DNA of 64,000 nt, from positions 20,538 through 84,537 of the forward strand of contig DXCV01000036.1 in NCBI GenBank assembly GCA_019115825.1, written 5' to 3'. Position numbers and translations under genes: made by a program. The notes under the pieces are model-generated. The model saw only the letters and a list, made by a program, of their open reading frames with translations, was not told where the DNA came from and ran no database searches. Origin of the DNA: Candidatus Bacteroides pullicola. Lineage in GTDB: Bacteria > Bacteroidota > Bacteroidia > Bacteroidales > Bacteroidaceae. Below are positions 23,851 through 35,634 of the stretch, piece after piece (positions within the stretch are counted from its first letter, which is position 1; every line of letters begins with the position of its first letter).

Positions 23851-24476
23851 TGGAAGTTAACGTATATAACATTAAAGGTGAAGACACTGGAAGAAAGGTT
23901 ACGTTAAACGAATCTATCTTCGGAATTGAGCCCAACGACCATGCTATTTACTTGGATGTTAAACAGTTCATGGCTAACCAGCGTCAGGGTACTCACAAGT
24001 CTAAGGAAAGAAGCGAAATCAGTGGTTCCACGCGCAAAATTGGTCGCCAAAAAGGCGGCGGTGGTGCACGTCGTGGTGATATGAATTCGCCTGTGCTCGT
24101 TGGTGGTGGTCGTGTATTTGGTCCTAAACCCCGCGATTATTCTTTCAAGTTGAATAAGAAGGTAAAGGCTTTGGCACGTAAGTCGGCTCTGTCTTACAAG
24201 GCAAAGGATAATGCTATCATTGTTGTAGAAGACTTCGTTTTCGAGGCTCCTAAAACTAAAGATTTTGTAAATATTACAAAAAATCTTAAAGTTTCTGACA
24301 AGAAGCTTTTGATGATTTTACCGGATGCAAATAAAAACGTATATTTGTCGGCTCGAAATTTGAAAGGGGCTAATGTGCAGACAGTCTCTGGTCTTAATAC
24401 CTATCGGGTGTTGGATGCAGGGGTTCTTGTGCTTACGGAAAATGCACTTTCTGCCATTGACAATATCTTAATGTAA
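23850..24476 (+). CDS. rplD: 50S ribosomal protein L4
   Basis: [19 protein letters not shown]. Confidence 0.99.
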   Translation: MEVNVYNIKGEDTGRKVTLNESIFGIEPNDHAIYLDVKQFMANQRQGTHKSKERSEISGSTRKIGRQKGGGGARRGDMNSPVLVGGGRVFGPKPRDYSFKLNKKVKALARKSALSYKAKDNAIIVVEDFVFEAPKTKDFVNITKNLKVSDKKLLMILPDANKNVYLSARNLKGANVQTVSGLNTYRVLDAGVLVLTENALSAIDNILM

Positions 24477-24492
24477 AAAGGAGGCTTAGATA

Positions 24493-24786
24493 ATGGGAAT
24501 TATTATTAAACCGTTAGTGACAGAGAAGATGACAGCTATAACCGAGAAGGCTAACAACCGTTTCGGTTTTATCGTGCGTCCTGACGCTAATAAATTGGAA
24601 ATTAAGAAAGAGGTAGAAGCCCTTTACAATGTGACCGTGGTAGCGGTGAATACAATCCGCTATGCCGGTAAGAGCAAGGCTCGTTACACCCGGGCTGGCC
24701 TCATCAACGGTCGTACGAATGCATATAAGAAAGCCATCGTTACGTTGAAAGAAGGTGATACTATTGATTTTTATAGCAATATTTAA
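24493..24786 (+). CDS. rplW: 50S ribosomal protein L23
   Basis: PLVTEK, KKAIVTL. Confidence 0.98.
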   Translation: MGIIIKPLVTEKMTAITEKANNRFGFIVRPDANKLEIKKEVEALYNVTVVAVNTIRYAGKSKARYTRAGLINGRTNAYKKAIVTLKEGDTIDFYSNI

Positions 24787-24794
24787 ATAGAGAA

Positions 24795-25619
24795 ATGGCA
24801 GTACGTAAATTTAAGCCCACAACACCGGGGCAAAGACATAAAATTATTGGTACTTTCGAAGAAATTACTGCACGGGTACCAGAAAAGTCTCTTGTATTTG
24901 GTAAGAAATCCTCAGGTGGCCGTAACAATGAGGGTAAGATGACGATGCGTTACATCGGCGGCGGTCATAAGAAGGTGATTCGTATTGTTGACTTCAAGAG
25001 AAATAAAGACGGTGTGCCGGCTGTAGTCAAGACAATCGAGTACGATCCGAACCGTTCGGCTCGTATTGCTTTGTTGTTTTATGCAGATGGCGAAAAAAGA
25101 TACATTATTGCTCCCAATGGCTTGAAAGTTGGAGCGACTGTAATGTCAGGTGAAAATGCTGCTCCTGAAATAGGAAATGCGCTTCCTCTTCAGAACATCC
25201 CTGTAGGTACGGTGATTCACAATATCGAATTGCGTCCGGGTCAGGGAGCTGCTTTGGTTCGTTCAGCTGGTAACTTCGCTCAGTTGACTTCGAGAGAAGG
25301 CAACTACTGCGTTATCAAGTTGCCTTCCGGTGAACTTCGTCAGATTCTGAGCACTTGCAAGGCCACGATTGGCAGCGTAGGTAACTCGGATCATGGTTTG
25401 GAAAGTTCCGGTAAGGCTGGTCGCACCCGCTGGTTGGGTCGTCGTCCGCGTAACCGTGGCGTAGTCATGAATCCTGTTGATCATCCGATGGGTGGTGGTG
25501 AAGGACGTGCTTCCGGTGGACATCCGAGATCTCGCAAGGGCTTGTATGCTAAGGGCTTGAAGACAAGAGCTCCGAAGAAGCAGTCGTCTAAGTATATTAT
25601 TGAGAGAAGAAAGAAGTAA
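24795..25619 (+). CDS. rplB: 50S ribosomal protein L2
   Basis: [21 protein letters not shown]. Confidence 0.99.
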   Translation: MAVRKFKPTTPGQRHKIIGTFEEITARVPEKSLVFGKKSSGGRNNEGKMTMRYIGGGHKKVIRIVDFKRNKDGVPAVVKTIEYDPNRSARIALLFYADGEKRYIIAPNGLKVGATVMSGENAAPEIGNALPLQNIPVGTVIHNIELRPGQGAALVRSAGNFAQLTSREGNYCVIKLPSGELRQILSTCKATIGSVGNSDHGLESSGKAGRTRWLGRRPRNRGVVMNPVDHPMGGGEGRASGGHPRSRKGLYAKGLKTRAPKKQSSKYIIERRKK

Positions 25620-25640
25620 CCTGATTAATCGAAGAAGTTT

Positions 25641-25910
25641 ATGAGTCGTTCATTAAAAAAAGGCCCGTATATTAACGTGAAGCTTGAGAAAAAAATTCTT
25701 GCCATGAACGAAAGTGGCAAGAAAGTGGTAGTTAAGACTTGGGCCAGAGCTTCAATGATTTCGCCTGATTTTGTTGGGCATACCGTTGCAGTTCACAATG
25801 GAAATAAATTCATTCCTGTTTATGTTACGGAGAATATGGTAGGACACAAGTTGGGTGAGTTTGCTCCGACGCGTACGTTCAGAGGCCATGCTGGTAACAA
25901 GAAAAAATAA
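25641..25910 (+). CDS. rpsS: 30S ribosomal protein S19
   Basis: [20 protein letters not shown]. Confidence 0.99.
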   Translation: MSRSLKKGPYINVKLEKKILAMNESGKKVVVKTWARASMISPDFVGHTVAVHNGNKFIPVYVTENMVGHKLGEFAPTRTFRGHAGNKKK

Positions 25911-25946
25911 AAGCAGGATTTACTGAAATAAAAAAGTAATAATATA

Positions 25947-26357
25947 ATGGGAGCAAGAAAAAAAATATCGGCTGAAAAAAGAAAAGAAGCCCTTAAGACC
26001 ATGTATTTTGCAAAATTGCAAAATGTTCCTACTTCCCCTCGTAAAATGCGTTTGGTGGCTGATATGATACGTGGCATGGAAGTGAATAAGGCACTTGGCG
26101 TTTTGAAGTTCTCTACAAAAGAGGCTGCTGCCAGACTCGAGAAGCTGTTGCGTTCTGCAATTGCTAATTGGGAACAGAAGAATGAGCGTAAAGCTGAAAG
26201 CGGCGAATTGTTCATAACCAAGATTTATGTTGATGGTGGTGCTACGCTGAAGAGAATGCGTCCGGCTCCGCAGGGAAGAGGTTATAGAATTCGTAAGCGT
26301 TCTAACCACGTAACGCTGTTCGTTGGTTCTAAAAGTAATAACGAAGATCAAAATTAA
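25947..26357 (+). CDS. rplV: 50S ribosomal protein L22
   Basis: [17 protein letters not shown]. Confidence 0.98.
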   Translation: MGARKKISAEKRKEALKTMYFAKLQNVPTSPRKMRLVADMIRGMEVNKALGVLKFSTKEAAARLEKLLRSAIANWEQKNERKAESGELFITKIYVDGGATLKRMRPAPQGRGYRIRKRSNHVTLFVGSKSNNEDQN

Positions 26358-26363
26358 GGTGTA

Positions 26364-27095
26364 ATGGGACAAAAAGTTAATCCAATAAGCAACCGTTTAG
26401 GAATTATCAGAGGTTGGGATTCCAATTGGTATGGCGGCAAGAATTACGGAGATTCTTTGCTGGAAGATAGCAAAATCCGTAAATATTTGAACGCTAGACT
26501 TGCAAAGGCTAGTGTTTCGAGAATTGTCATCGAACGTACGCTGAAGCTGGTGACTATTACTGTTTGTACTGCACGCCCGGGTATCATTATCGGTAAAGGC
26601 GGTCAAGAAGTTGACAAGTTGAAAGAGGAGTTGAAGAAGATCACCGATAAGGATATTCAGATTAATATCTTCGAAGTGAAGAGACCTGAACTGGACGCTG
26701 TTATCGTGGCTAACAACGTGGCTCGTCAGGTAGAAGGCAAGATTGCTTATCGTCGTGCCATCAAGATGGCTATTGCCAATACAATGCGTATGGGTGCTGA
26801 AGGCATCAAGATTCAGATTTCTGGACGTCTGAATGGTGCTGAAATCGCACGTTCTGAGATGTATAAGGAAGGCAGAACTCCTCTGCATACTTTTAGAGCT
26901 GACATCGACTATTGTCATACAGAGGCACTGACAAAGGTTGGCGTTTTGGGTGTTAAAGTTTGGATTTGCCGTGGCGAGGTTTATGGGAAGAAAGAATTGG
27001 CACCTAACTTCACTCAGAAAGAAAGCGGACGTGGAAGCAATACCGGTGCTAATGGCGGTAGAAGCTTTAAGAGAAAGAAAAATAACAATCGCTAA
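26364..27095 (+). CDS. rpsC: 30S ribosomal protein S3
   Basis: [18 protein letters not shown]. Confidence 0.99.
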   Translation: MGQKVNPISNRLGIIRGWDSNWYGGKNYGDSLLEDSKIRKYLNARLAKASVSRIVIERTLKLVTITVCTARPGIIIGKGGQEVDKLKEELKKITDKDIQINIFEVKRPELDAVIVANNVARQVEGKIAYRRAIKMAIANTMRMGAEGIKIQISGRLNGAEIARSEMYKEGRTPLHTFRADIDYCHTEALTKVGVLGVKVWICRGEVYGKKELAPNFTQKESGRGSNTGANGGRSFKRKKNNNR

Positions 27096-27116
27096 CGGAT
27101 TTGATTTTTAGGAACT

Positions 27117-27551
27117 ATGTTACAACCGAAAAAGACAAAATTCAGAAGACAGCAGAAGGGCCGTCAAAAAGGTAATGCCCAGCGTGGCAACCAGTTGGCG
27201 TTTGGCTCTTTCGGCATTAAAGCTTTGGAGACAAAGTGGATAACTGGCCGTCAGATTGAGGCTGCGCGTGTTGCTGTTACAAGATATATGCAGCGTCAGG
27301 GACAGATTTGGATTCGCATTTTCCCGGACAAACCTATTACGAGAAAACCTGCTGATGTACGTATGGGTAAAGGTAAGGGTAGTCCTGAAGGATTTGTCGC
27401 ACCTGTTACGCCGGGCAGAATCATTATTGAGGCAGAAGGCGTTTCTTATGAAATCGCCAAGGAAGCTTTGCGTCTGGCAGCTCAGAAGCTTCCTATCACA
27501 ACCAAGTTTGTGGTAAGACGTGATTATGATATTCAAAATCAAAATGCTTAA
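27117..27551 (+). CDS. rplP: 50S ribosomal protein L16
   Basis: RIFPDKP, RMGKGKG. Confidence 0.99.
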   Translation: MLQPKKTKFRRQQKGRQKGNAQRGNQLAFGSFGIKALETKWITGRQIEAARVAVTRYMQRQGQIWIRIFPDKPITRKPADVRMGKGKGSPEGFVAPVTPGRIIIEAEGVSYEIAKEALRLAAQKLPITTKFVVRRDYDIQNQNA

Positions 27552-27556
27552 GAGTT

Positions 27557-27754
27557 ATGAAGATAGCAGAAATTAGAGAAATGTCTACCAATGATTTGGT
27601 GGAAAGAGTGGAAGCTGAAGTAGCCAATTACCAGCAGATGGTTTTGAATCATTCTATTTCTCCTTTGGATAATCCTTCTCAAATCAGACAATTGCGTCGG
27701 ACGATTGCGCGTATGAAAACCGAATTACGCCAAAGGGAACTTAACAATAAATGA
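27557..27754 (+). CDS. rpmC: 50S ribosomal protein L29
   Basis: [13 protein letters not shown]; position in operon. Confidence 0.97.
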   Translation: MKIAEIREMSTNDLVERVEAEVANYQQMVLNHSISPLDNPSQIRQLRRTIARMKTELRQRELNNK

Positions 27755-28020
27755 TGAGTTTGATGGAAGCAAGAAATTTAAGAAAAGAAAGAATGGGTGT
27801 TGTGCTTAGCAACAAGATGGATAAAACCATCACTGTAGCAGCTAAGTTTAAAGAAAAACACCCCATTTATGGTAAGTTCGTCAGCAAGACGAAGAAATAC
27901 CATGCTCATGATGAAAAGAATGAGTGCAATGTCGGCGATACTGTACGAATCATGGAAACTCGTCCTTTGAGTAAGACTAAGAGATGGAGAGTAGTAGAAA
28001 TCGTAGAAAGAGCTAAGTAA
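27751..28020 (+). CDS. rpsQ: 30S ribosomal protein S17
   Basis: [17 protein letters not shown]. Confidence 0.98.
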   Translation: MMSLMEARNLRKERMGVVLSNKMDKTITVAAKFKEKHPIYGKFVSKTKKYHAHDEKNECNVGDTVRIMETRPLSKTKRWRVVEIVERAK

Positions 28021-28022
28021 TT

Positions 28023-28388
28023 ATGATACAAGCAGAATCCAGACTTACAGTATGTGATAATAGTGGAGCAAAAGAGGCTCTCTGTATCCGTGTTTTGGGC
28101 GGAACGGGTCGCCGTTATGCTTCTGTTGGGGATGTGATTGTAGTTTCTATCAAGAGTGTCATCCCTTCGAGTGATATTAAGAAAGGTGCCGTGTCCAAGG
28201 CTTTGGTAGTGCGTACTAAGAAAGAAATCCGTCGCCCGGATGGTTCTTATATACGTTTTGATGATAATGCTTGTGTGTTGTTGAACAATGCAGGTGAAAT
28301 TCGTGGTAGCCGTATCTTCGGTCCGGTTGCTCGTGAGCTCCGCGCTGCTAACATGAAAGTCGTATCACTGGCTCCGGAAGTACTTTAA
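28023..28388 (+). CDS. rplN: 50S ribosomal protein L14
   Basis: [16 protein letters not shown]. Confidence 0.99.
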   Translation: MIQAESRLTVCDNSGAKEALCIRVLGGTGRRYASVGDVIVVSIKSVIPSSDIKKGAVSKALVVRTKKEIRRPDGSYIRFDDNACVLLNNAGEIRGSRIFGPVARELRAANMKVVSLAPEVL

Positions 28389-28408
28389 TTTTGTAATAGA
28401 TTTAAGTA

Positions 28409-28741
28409 ATGGCTAAATTACATATAAAGAAAGGCGATACAGTTTACGTAAACTCCGGTGAGGATAAGGGAAAAACTGGTCGTGTATTGAAGGTTCTGGT
28501 GAAGAAGAACCGTGCCATCGTTGAAGGCATCAATATGGTTTCTAAGAGCACGAAGCCGAGTGCTAAGAATCCTCAAGGCGGCATTGTTAAGCAGGAGGCT
28601 TCCATTCATCTCTCTAACTTAAACCCGGTTGATCCCAAAACGGGTAAGCCTACGCGCATTGGTAGAAAAGAAGTAGAGAATGCTAATGGCAAGAAGACTT
28701 TAGTACGTTATTCTAAAAAATCAGGGGAGGAGATTAAGTAA
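28409..28741 (+). CDS. rplX: 50S ribosomal protein L24
   Basis: [15 protein letters not shown]. Confidence 0.98.
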   Translation: MAKLHIKKGDTVYVNSGEDKGKTGRVLKVLVKKNRAIVEGINMVSKSTKPSAKNPQGGIVKQEASIHLSNLNPVDPKTGKPTRIGRKEVENANGKKTLVRYSKKSGEEIK

Positions 28742-29298
28742 TGGGTAATACTGCTAGCCTTAAGAAAGAATATGCAGAGCGCATTGCTCCTGCATTGAAA
28801 TCACAGTTCCAATATTCTTCTTCTATGCAGGTGCCTGTTCTCAAGAAGATTGTTATCAATCAGGGCTTGGGAATCGCAGTTGCTGACAAGAAGATTATTG
28901 ATGTTGCAATCAGCGAGTTGACAGCCATCACGGGGCAGAAGGCCGTTGCAACTGTTTCTCGCAAGGACATCGCAAACTTTAAGTTGCGTAAGAAAATGCC
29001 GGTTGGCGTTATGGTGACTCTGCGTCGCGAGAGAATGTACGAGTTCCTTGAGAGACTTGTGCGTGTTGCATTGCCTCGTATTCGTGACTTCAAAGGCATT
29101 GAAAGCAAGTTTGATGGTAAAGGTAATTATACGCTGGGTATCCAGGAGCAGATCATTTTCCCTGAAATCAATATTGATAGTATAACTAGGATTTTGGGTA
29201 TGAACATTACTTTCGTTACATCTGCTAACACGGATGAAGAAGGTTATGCTCTGTTGAAGGAATTTGGCTTACCGTTTAAGAACGCAAAAAAAGATTGA
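28741..29298 (+). CDS. rplE: 50S ribosomal protein L5
   Basis: [17 protein letters not shown]. Confidence 0.99.
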   Translation: MGNTASLKKEYAERIAPALKSQFQYSSSMQVPVLKKIVINQGLGIAVADKKIIDVAISELTAITGQKAVATVSRKDIANFKLRKKMPVGVMVTLRRERMYEFLERLVRVALPRIRDFKGIESKFDGKGNYTLGIQEQIIFPEINIDSITRILGMNITFVTSANTDEEGYALLKEFGLPFKNAKKD

Positions 29299-29301
29299 TA
29301 T

Positions 29302-29601
29302 ATGGCAAAGGTATCAATGAAAGCACGTGAAGTAAAGCGTGCCAAGTTAGTCGCCAGATATGCCGAGAAAAGAGCTGCATTGAAGAAGATTGTTAGCACA
29401 GGTGATGCTGCAGAGGCTTATGAAGCTGCTAGAAAGTTGCAGGATCTTCCTAAGAATGCCAATCCTATTCGTCTGCACAACCGTTGTAAGCTGACGGGAC
29501 GTCCTAAAGGTTACATCCGTCAGTTTGGCGTCTCCAGAATTCAGTTCCGCGAGATGGCTTCTAACGGTCTTATCCCCGGCGTTAAGAAGGCAAGCTGGTA
29601 A
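29302..29601 (+). CDS. rpsN: 30S ribosomal protein S14 (Zn-independent type)
   Basis: [21 protein letters not shown]. Confidence 0.98.
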   Translation: MAKVSMKAREVKRAKLVARYAEKRAALKKIVSTGDAAEAYEAARKLQDLPKNANPIRLHNRCKLTGRPKGYIRQFGVSRIQFREMASNGLIPGVKKASW

Positions 29602-29652
29602 TTTGTTTTAAATATTGTCAGGGTAGTCCTGATTAATTTAATTTTATTTTAT

Positions 29653-30048
29653 ATGACTGATCCAATAGCAGATTATTTGACTAGATTGCGGAATGCCATT
29701 CAGGCCAAGCACAGAGTGGTTGAAGTACCCGCTTCTAATTTGAAAAAGGAAATCACAAAGATCCTTTTTGAGAAAGGCTACATTCTTAATTACAAGTTTG
29801 TAGACGATGGTCCTCAAGGTACGATTAAGGTCGCTTTGAAGTATGATCCTGTTAATAAGGTGAACGCAATTAAGAAGCTTGAGAGAATTTCTTCTCCGGG
29901 TATGCGTAAATATACCGGTTATAAGGATATGCCGCGTGTAATTAACGGTTTGGGTATTGCTATATTGTCTACCTCCAAAGGTGTGATGACTGACAAAGAG
30001 GCTGCAGAACAGAAGATTGGTGGTGAAGTATTGTGTTATGTTTATTAA
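29653..30048 (+). CDS. rpsH: 30S ribosomal protein S8
   Basis: DPIADYLTRLRN, STSKGVM. Confidence 0.99.
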   Translation: MTDPIADYLTRLRNAIQAKHRVVEVPASNLKKEITKILFEKGYILNYKFVDDGPQGTIKVALKYDPVNKVNAIKKLERISSPGMRKYTGYKDMPRVINGLGIAILSTSKGVMTDKEAAEQKIGGEVLCYVY

Positions 30049-30066
30049 TTTTCGGAGGAACTAGTA

Positions 30067-30636
30067 ATGTCTAGAATAGGAAAATTACCCATCGTTATCC
30101 CCGCCGGTGTTACCGTTACCTTGAAAGATGATGTAGTTACTGTCAAGGGACCGAAAGGCGAGTTGAGTCAATATGTGAATCCTGCAATCAGCGTCACAAT
30201 TGATAATAATCATGTAGTATTGGCCGAAGTAGCTGATGCCATGTTGGACAATCCTAAACAAAAGCACGCTTATCACGGCTTGTACCGTGCTTTGATTCAC
30301 AATATGGTCGTTGGTGTTTCTGAAGGCTATAAGAAAGAATTAGAGCTTGTTGGTGTCGGCTATCGTGCTTCCAACCAAGGCAATATCATTGAGTTGGCTT
30401 TAGGTTATACGCATAACATATTTATCCAGTTGCCCCCTGAGATTAAAGTTGAGACTAAGTCTGAAAGAAATAAGAATCCTCTTATTATTTTAGAGTCTTG
30501 TGATAAGCAGTTGCTTGGTCAAGTGTGCTCTAAGATTCGTTCTTTCCGTAAGCCTGAACCGTACAAGGGTAAGGGTGTCAAGTTTGTTGGCGAAGAAATT
30601 CGCAGAAAGTCTGGTAAATCAGCCGGTGCTAAATAA
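30067..30636 (+). CDS. rplF: 50S ribosomal protein L6
   Basis: [16 protein letters not shown]. Confidence 0.99.
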   Translation: MSRIGKLPIVIPAGVTVTLKDDVVTVKGPKGELSQYVNPAISVTIDNNHVVLAEVADAMLDNPKQKHAYHGLYRALIHNMVVGVSEGYKKELELVGVGYRASNQGNIIELALGYTHNIFIQLPPEIKVETKSERNKNPLIILESCDKQLLGQVCSKIRSFRKPEPYKGKGVKFVGEEIRRKSGKSAGAK

Positions 30637-30656
30637 TCATTTTAATTGATACTGTT

Positions 30657-31001
30657 ATGACAACAAAAATAGAAAGACGAATTAAAATTAAATACAGAGT
30701 ACGCAACAAGATTTCGGGTACTTCTGATTGCCCCCGTATGAGTGTTTTCAGAAGCAATAAACAAATCTATGTTCAGGTGATTGATGATTTGGCTGGTAAG
30801 ACTTTGGCTGCTGCTTCTTCATTGGGTATGACAGAGAAGATGACGAAGAAAGAACAAGCTGCCAAGGTTGGTGAGTTGATTGCTAAGAAGGCTCAAGAAG
30901 CTGGCATCACAACCGTTGTATTTGACCGTAATGGTTATTTGTATCACGGTAGAGTAAAAGAAGTGGCTGATGCAGCCCGTAACGGTGGACTTAAATTTTA
31001 A
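30657..31001 (+). CDS. rplR: 50S ribosomal protein L18
   Basis: [13 protein letters not shown]. Confidence 0.99.
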   Translation: MTTKIERRIKIKYRVRNKISGTSDCPRMSVFRSNKQIYVQVIDDLAGKTLAAASSLGMTEKMTKKEQAAKVGELIAKKAQEAGITTVVFDRNGYLYHGRVKEVADAARNGGLKF

Positions 31002-31006
31002 TCATT

Positions 31007-31525
31007 ATGGCAAAACTGAATAATAGAGTTAAGATTTCTAGCGATATTGAGCTGAAGGATAGATTGGTTGCCATCAATCGCGTTACTAAGGTTACGAAAG
31101 GTGGTAGAACCTTTACTTTTTCCGCTATTGTGGTTGTAGGTAATGAAGAAGGCATCATTGGATGGGGTTTGGGCAAAGCCGGTGAGGTGACTGCTGCCAT
31201 TGCCAAAGGTGTAGAGGCTGCCAAGAAAAACTTGACCAGAGTGCCTGTCTTGAAAGGAACTGTACCTCACGAGCAGTCTGCCAAGTTTGGTGGTGCTGAG
31301 GTATTCATTAAGCCTGCTTCTCACGGAACCGGTGTGGTAGCCGGTGGTGCTATGCGTGCGGTGCTCGAAAGTGTGGGTGTTACGGACGTATTGGCTAAGT
31401 CCAAGGGTTCTTCTAACCCTCACAATCTGGTTAAGGCTACCATCTTGGCATTGAGCGAAATGCGTGATGCACGTATGGTTGCTCAGAATAGAGGTATTTC
31501 GATTGACAAAGTATTTAGAGGATAA
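31007..31525 (+). CDS. rpsE: 30S ribosomal protein S5
   Basis: [18 protein letters not shown]. Confidence 0.99.
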   Translation: MAKLNNRVKISSDIELKDRLVAINRVTKVTKGGRTFTFSAIVVVGNEEGIIGWGLGKAGEVTAAIAKGVEAAKKNLTRVPVLKGTVPHEQSAKFGGAEVFIKPASHGTGVVAGGAMRAVLESVGVTDVLAKSKGSSNPHNLVKATILALSEMRDARMVAQNRGISIDKVFRG

Positions 31526-31536
31526 GGAGAATTTTT

Positions 31537-31713
31537 ATGTCGACTATAAAGATTAAGCAAGTAAAGAGTAGAATTGGCGCTCCTGCTGATCAGAAGAGAA
31601 CACTTGATGCGCTGGGACTTCGTAAGTTGAATCGCGTGGTTGAACACGAATGTACTCCTTCAATTCTTGGAATGGTGAACAAGGTAAAGCACCTCGTAGC
31701 CATTGTGAAGTAA
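31537..31713 (+). CDS. rpmD: 50S ribosomal protein L30
   Basis: Manual translation (58 aa, below ORF-track cutoff): MSTIKIKQVKSRIGAPADQKRTLDALGLRKLN... Confidence 0.97.
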   Translation: MSTIKIKQVKSRIGAPADQKRTLDALGLRKLNRVVEHECTPSILGMVNKVKHLVAIVK

Positions 31714-31743
31714 TATATTGTTGAATATTAAACGAGTTACGAT

Positions 31744-32190
31744 ATGAACTTAAGTAATTTAAAGCCTGCTGCTGGATCTACAAAGACAAGAAAGAGAATC
31801 GGTCGTGGACCGGGCTCTGGTTTGGGCGGCACTTCCACAAGAGGTCATAAAGGTGCTAAGTCAAGATCGGGATATTCCAAGAAAATCGGTTTTGAGGGCG
31901 GACAAATGCCTCTTCAGCGCCGTGTTCCGAAATTTGGCTTTAAGAATATCAATCGTGTAGAATACAAGGCTATCAACTTGGATACTATTCAGAAGTTGGC
32001 TGATGCCAAGAATCTGCCGGTTGTGGGCATTAACGACTTGATAGCAGCTGGTTTCATTTCTGCAAATCAACTGGTGAAGATATTAGGTAATGGAACTTTG
32101 ACTGCTAAGGTGGATGTTCAGGCTCATGCGTTTTCTAAGACTGCTGAGGCTGCCATCGAAGCTGTAGGTGGACAAGTAGTAAAACTCTGA
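31744..32190 (+). CDS. rplO: 50S ribosomal protein L15
   Basis: [18 protein letters not shown]. Confidence 0.99.
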   Translation: MNLSNLKPAAGSTKTRKRIGRGPGSGLGGTSTRGHKGAKSRSGYSKKIGFEGGQMPLQRRVPKFGFKNINRVEYKAINLDTIQKLADAKNLPVVGINDLIAAGFISANQLVKILGNGTLTAKVDVQAHAFSKTAEAAIEAVGGQVVKL

Positions 32191-32194
32191 TTCA

Positions 32195-33538
32195 ATGAGA
32201 AAAGCTATTGAAACATTAAAGAATATATGGAAGATTGAGGATCTGAGACAGCGGATCCTCATCACCATATTGTTTGTGGCAATTTACCGTTTTGGTTCTT
32301 ATGTGGTATTGCCGGGCATCAATCCGTCAATGCTGTCTCAGTTGCATCAACAAACAAGCGAGGGCCTTTTAGCCTTGTTAAATATGTTTTCGGGAGGAGC
32401 ATTTTCTAATGCGTCTATTTTTGCATTAGGAATCATGCCGTATATTTCTGCCTCCATCGTAATTCAACTCCTTGGAATCGCTGTTCCTTATTTCCAGAAG
32501 TTGCAGCGTGAGGGTGAAAGCGGCCGGAGGAAAATGAATCAATATACCCGTTATTTGACGATTATCGTATTGTTGGTTCAGGCGCCTTCTTATTTGTTTA
32601 ACTTGAAAATGCAGGCAGGTCCTTCCTTAAATGCTTCATTAGACTGGACTCTGTTTATGTTTACTTCTACCATAATTTTGGCTGCAGGAAGTATGTTCAT
32701 CTTGTGGTTGGGCGAGCGTATAACCGATAAGGGTATTGGCAATGGTATCTCTTTGATTATTATGATAGGTATTATTGCACGTTTGCCTCAATCGTTGTTC
32801 CAAGAGTTGATTTCCCGTATGACCGATAAGACGGGTGGTTTGGTGATGTTCTTGATTGAGATTGTCGTATTGCTGCTTGTGATCGCAGCTGCCATTCTTT
32901 TGGTGCAAGGTACAAGAAAAATTCCTGTGCAATATGCGAAGAAGATTGTCGGCAACAAGCAATATGGTGGTGCTCGCCAATATATACCTTTGAAGGTGAA
33001 TGCTGCCAATGTGATGCCTATTATCTTCGCTCAAGCCATCATGTTCATTCCCATAACTTTTATTGGTTTTGCCAATGTCGAAAGTTTGAGCGGGTTTGCC
33101 CGTGCGTTTACTGACCATACAAGTTTTTGGTATAATTTGGTATTTGCTATTTTGATTATAGTCTTTACCTATTTCTATACCGCTATCACTATCAATCCGA
33201 CCCAGATGGCTGAGGATATGAAGCGTAATAATGGCTTTATTCCTGGCATCAAGCCGGGTAAGAACACGGCTGAGTATATTGACGTGATTATGTCTCGCAT
33301 TACTCTTCCCGGTTCATTCTTCTTGGCTCTCGTGGCTATTATGCCCGCTTTTGCCGGATTGTTTGGTGTGACTTCGGAATTTGCCCAGTTTTTCGGGGGA
33401 ACTTCGTTGTTGATTCTTGTAGGTGTTGTGCTTGACACATTGCAGCAGGTTGAAAGCCATTTGTTGATGAGACATTATGACGGCTTGCTGAAGACCGGGC
33501 GAATCAAAGGACGTAATGCAAATATCGCTGCTTATTAA
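32195..33538 (+). CDS. secY: Preprotein translocase SecY
   Basis: SIFALGIMPYISASI, GIGNGIS, GGTSLLI. Confidence 0.99.
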   Translation: MRKAIETLKNIWKIEDLRQRILITILFVAIYRFGSYVVLPGINPSMLSQLHQQTSEGLLALLNMFSGGAFSNASIFALGIMPYISASIVIQLLGIAVPYFQKLQREGESGRRKMNQYTRYLTIIVLLVQAPSYLFNLKMQAGPSLNASLDWTLFMFTSTIILAAGSMFILWLGERITDKGIGNGISLIIMIGIIARLPQSLFQELISRMTDKTGGLVMFLIEIVVLLLVIAAAILLVQGTRKIPVQYAKKIVGNKQYGGARQYIPLKVNAANVMPIIFAQAIMFIPITFIGFANVESLSGFARAFTDHTSFWYNLVFAILIIVFTYFYTAITINPTQMAEDMKRNNGFIPGIKPGKNTAEYIDVIMSRITLPGSFFLALVAIMPAFAGLFGVTSEFAQFFGGTSLLILVGVVLDTLQQVESHLLMRHYDGLLKTGRIKGRNANIAAY

Positions 33539-33548
33539 TTAATAGAAG

Positions 33549-34346
33549 ATGATATTTCTTAAGACGGATGATGAAATAGAGTTACTCCGTAAGAGTAACC
33601 TCTTGGTTGGACAGACTTTAGCAGAGATAGCTAAAGCTGTCAAACCTGGGGTTACGACCGGTGAACTTGACAAAATTGCCGATGAATTCATACGGGATCA
33701 TGGAGCAGTACCGACATTCAAAGGCTTTCCTAATCCCTATGGTTCTCCATTCCCCGCATCAATATGCACATCCGTGAATGAACAAGTTGTGCATGGAATA
33801 CCAGGTAATGTGGTATTGAAAGATGGCGATATTGTTTCTGTGGATTGTGGAACTTATATGAATGGCTTTTGCGGAGATTCCGCATATACTTTTTGTGTCG
33901 GTGAGGTTGCAGACGATGTTCGTCAGCTGTTGAAGGTCACGAAAGAAGCTCTTTATATAGGAATTGAGACTGCAGTTCATGGAAAGCGAATTGGAGACAT
34001 CGGTTATGCCATCCAGCAGTATTGTGAGACTCATTCTTATGGAGTGGTTCGCGAGTTTGTAGGTCATGGTATTGGCAAAGATATGCATGAGGATCCTCAG
34101 GTGCCGAACTATGGAAGACGTGGTTATGGTCCCATGCTGAAACAAGGTCTCTGTATTGCTATTGAGCCTATGGTTACATTAGGGGATAGGCACGTGGTGA
34201 TGGAAGGAGATGGTTGGTCAGTGAGGACGAAGGACAGAAAATGTGCTGCTCACTTTGAGCATACGATTGCTGTTACTGCGGGCAAAGCTGATATCTTGTC
34301 TTCGTTTGATTTCATTGAAGAAGTATTAGGAGATAATGCAATTTAA
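33549..34346 (+). CDS. map: Methionine aminopeptidase type I
   Basis: VVHGIP, GHGIG..MHEDP, AHFEHT. Confidence 0.98.
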   Translation: MIFLKTDDEIELLRKSNLLVGQTLAEIAKAVKPGVTTGELDKIADEFIRDHGAVPTFKGFPNPYGSPFPASICTSVNEQVVHGIPGNVVLKDGDIVSVDCGTYMNGFCGDSAYTFCVGEVADDVRQLLKVTKEALYIGIETAVHGKRIGDIGYAIQQYCETHSYGVVREFVGHGIGKDMHEDPQVPNYGRRGYGPMLKQGLCIAIEPMVTLGDRHVVMEGDGWSVRTKDRKCAAHFEHTIAVTAGKADILSSFDFIEEVLGDNAI

Positions 34347-34355
34347 ATAATTAAT

Positions 34356-34574
34356 ATGGCAAAGCAATCTGCAATAGAACAAGATGGAGTTATCGTTGAA
34401 GCATTGTCTAATGCAATGTTTCGCGTAGAATTGGAGAACGGTCATGAAATCACGGCTCATATTTCTGGCAAGATGCGTATGCATTATATCAAAATCCTGC
34501 CGGGTGATAAAGTCCGTGTCGAAATGTCCCCTTATGATTTGTCAAAAGGTAGAATAGTCTTTAGATATAAATAA
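34356..34574 (+). CDS. infA: Translation initiation factor IF-1
   Basis: [18 protein letters not shown]. Confidence 0.99.
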   Translation: MAKQSAIEQDGVIVEALSNAMFRVELENGHEITAHISGKMRMHYIKILPGDKVRVEMSPYDLSKGRIVFRYK

Positions 34575-34582
34575 TTTGAGAT

Positions 34583-34699
34583 ATGAAAGTAAGAGCATCT
34601 TTAAAGAAGCGTACACCGGAATGCAAAATTGTCAGACGCAATGGCCGTTTGTATGTGATTAACAAGAAAAATCCTAAGTATAAACAACGTCAAGGATAA
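34583..34699 (+). CDS. rpmJ: 50S ribosomal protein L36 (no Zn ribbon)
   Basis: Manual translation: [38 protein letters not shown]. Confidence 0.97.
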   Translation: MKVRASLKKRTPECKIVRRNGRLYVINKKNPKYKQRQG

Positions 34700-34733
34700 A
34701 TTTATTATTTTTGCAGAAAAATAATCTTAGTAT

Positions 34734-35114
34734 ATGGCTATAAGAATAGTTGGTGTCGATTTGCCTCAGAATAAGAGAGGTGAAATTGCGTTGACCTATA
34801 TTTATGGAATAGGTCGTAGTAGTTCAGCAAAAATATTGGATAAGGCAGGTGTTGACAGAGACCTGAAAGTAAAAGACTGGACGGATGATCAGGCAGCCAA
34901 GATTCGTGAGATCATTGGTGCTGAGTACAAAGTGGAAGGTGACCTCCGCTCTGAAGTTCAACTGAACATCAAGCGTTTGATGGACATCGGTTGCTATCGT
35001 GGCGTGCGCCATCGTATCGGTTTGCCTGTACGTGGACAGAGCACTAAGAATAACGCTCGTACGCGTAAGGGTAAGAAGAAAACCGTTGCTAACAAGAAAA
35101 AAGCTACTAAATAA
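34734..35114 (+). CDS. rpsM: 30S ribosomal protein S13
   Basis: [18 protein letters not shown]. Confidence 0.99.
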   Translation: MAIRIVGVDLPQNKRGEIALTYIYGIGRSSSAKILDKAGVDRDLKVKDWTDDQAAKIREIIGAEYKVEGDLRSEVQLNIKRLMDIGCYRGVRHRIGLPVRGQSTKNNARTRKGKKKTVANKKKATK

Positions 35115-35125
35115 TAAGTGTTGAT

Positions 35126-35515
35126 ATGGCAAAAAAAACAGTTGCAGCAAAAAAGAGAAATGTAAAGGTGGATGCCAACGGCCAATTGCACGTTCATTCG
35201 TCTTTCAACAACATTATTGTTTCTTTGGCAAACAGTGAAGGCCAGATTATTTCTTGGTCTTCTGCCGGAAAGATGGGATTCAGAGGTTCTAAGAAGAACA
35301 CGCCGTATGCCGCACAGATGGCAGCACAAGATTGTGCGAAGGTTGCGTATGACTTGGGCTTGAGAAAGGTGAAGGCATACGTCAAAGGACCTGGTAATGG
35401 TCGTGAGTCTGCTATCAGAACTATTCACGGTGCCGGCATTGAGGTTACGGAAATCATTGATGTTACTCCGTTGCCGCATAACGGATGTCGTCCTCCGAAA
35501 AGACGTAGAGTTTAA
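35126..35515 (+). CDS. rpsK: 30S ribosomal protein S11
   Basis: [18 protein letters not shown]. Confidence 0.99.
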   Translation: MAKKTVAAKKRNVKVDANGQLHVHSSFNNIIVSLANSEGQIISWSSAGKMGFRGSKKNTPYAAQMAAQDCAKVAYDLGLRKVKAYVKGPGNGRESAIRTIHGAGIEVTEIIDVTPLPHNGCRPPKRRRV

Positions 35516-35634
35516 GAATTTACCTTGAATTAGCATGAAACTTGATTTTGTTATTGGATTGTATCAAATTCTTCTCTGCAATCGCGGCTGCAACAAATTG
35601 AGTTCATCAATAACATTTAAAAATTAAGAAAGAA
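35516..35634 (+). promoter_or_regulatory. Candidate structured leader upstream of rpsD (S4 autoregulation)
   Basis: 119-nt gap in an otherwise tight operon; TGAAACTTGATTTTGTT can pair imperfectly with AACAAATTGAGTTCA. Confidence 0.5.

Noticed and set aside
29302-34699. Zn-free S14 and L36 in the main operons
   Set aside because: Usual state for Bacteroidales as far as I know; not novel
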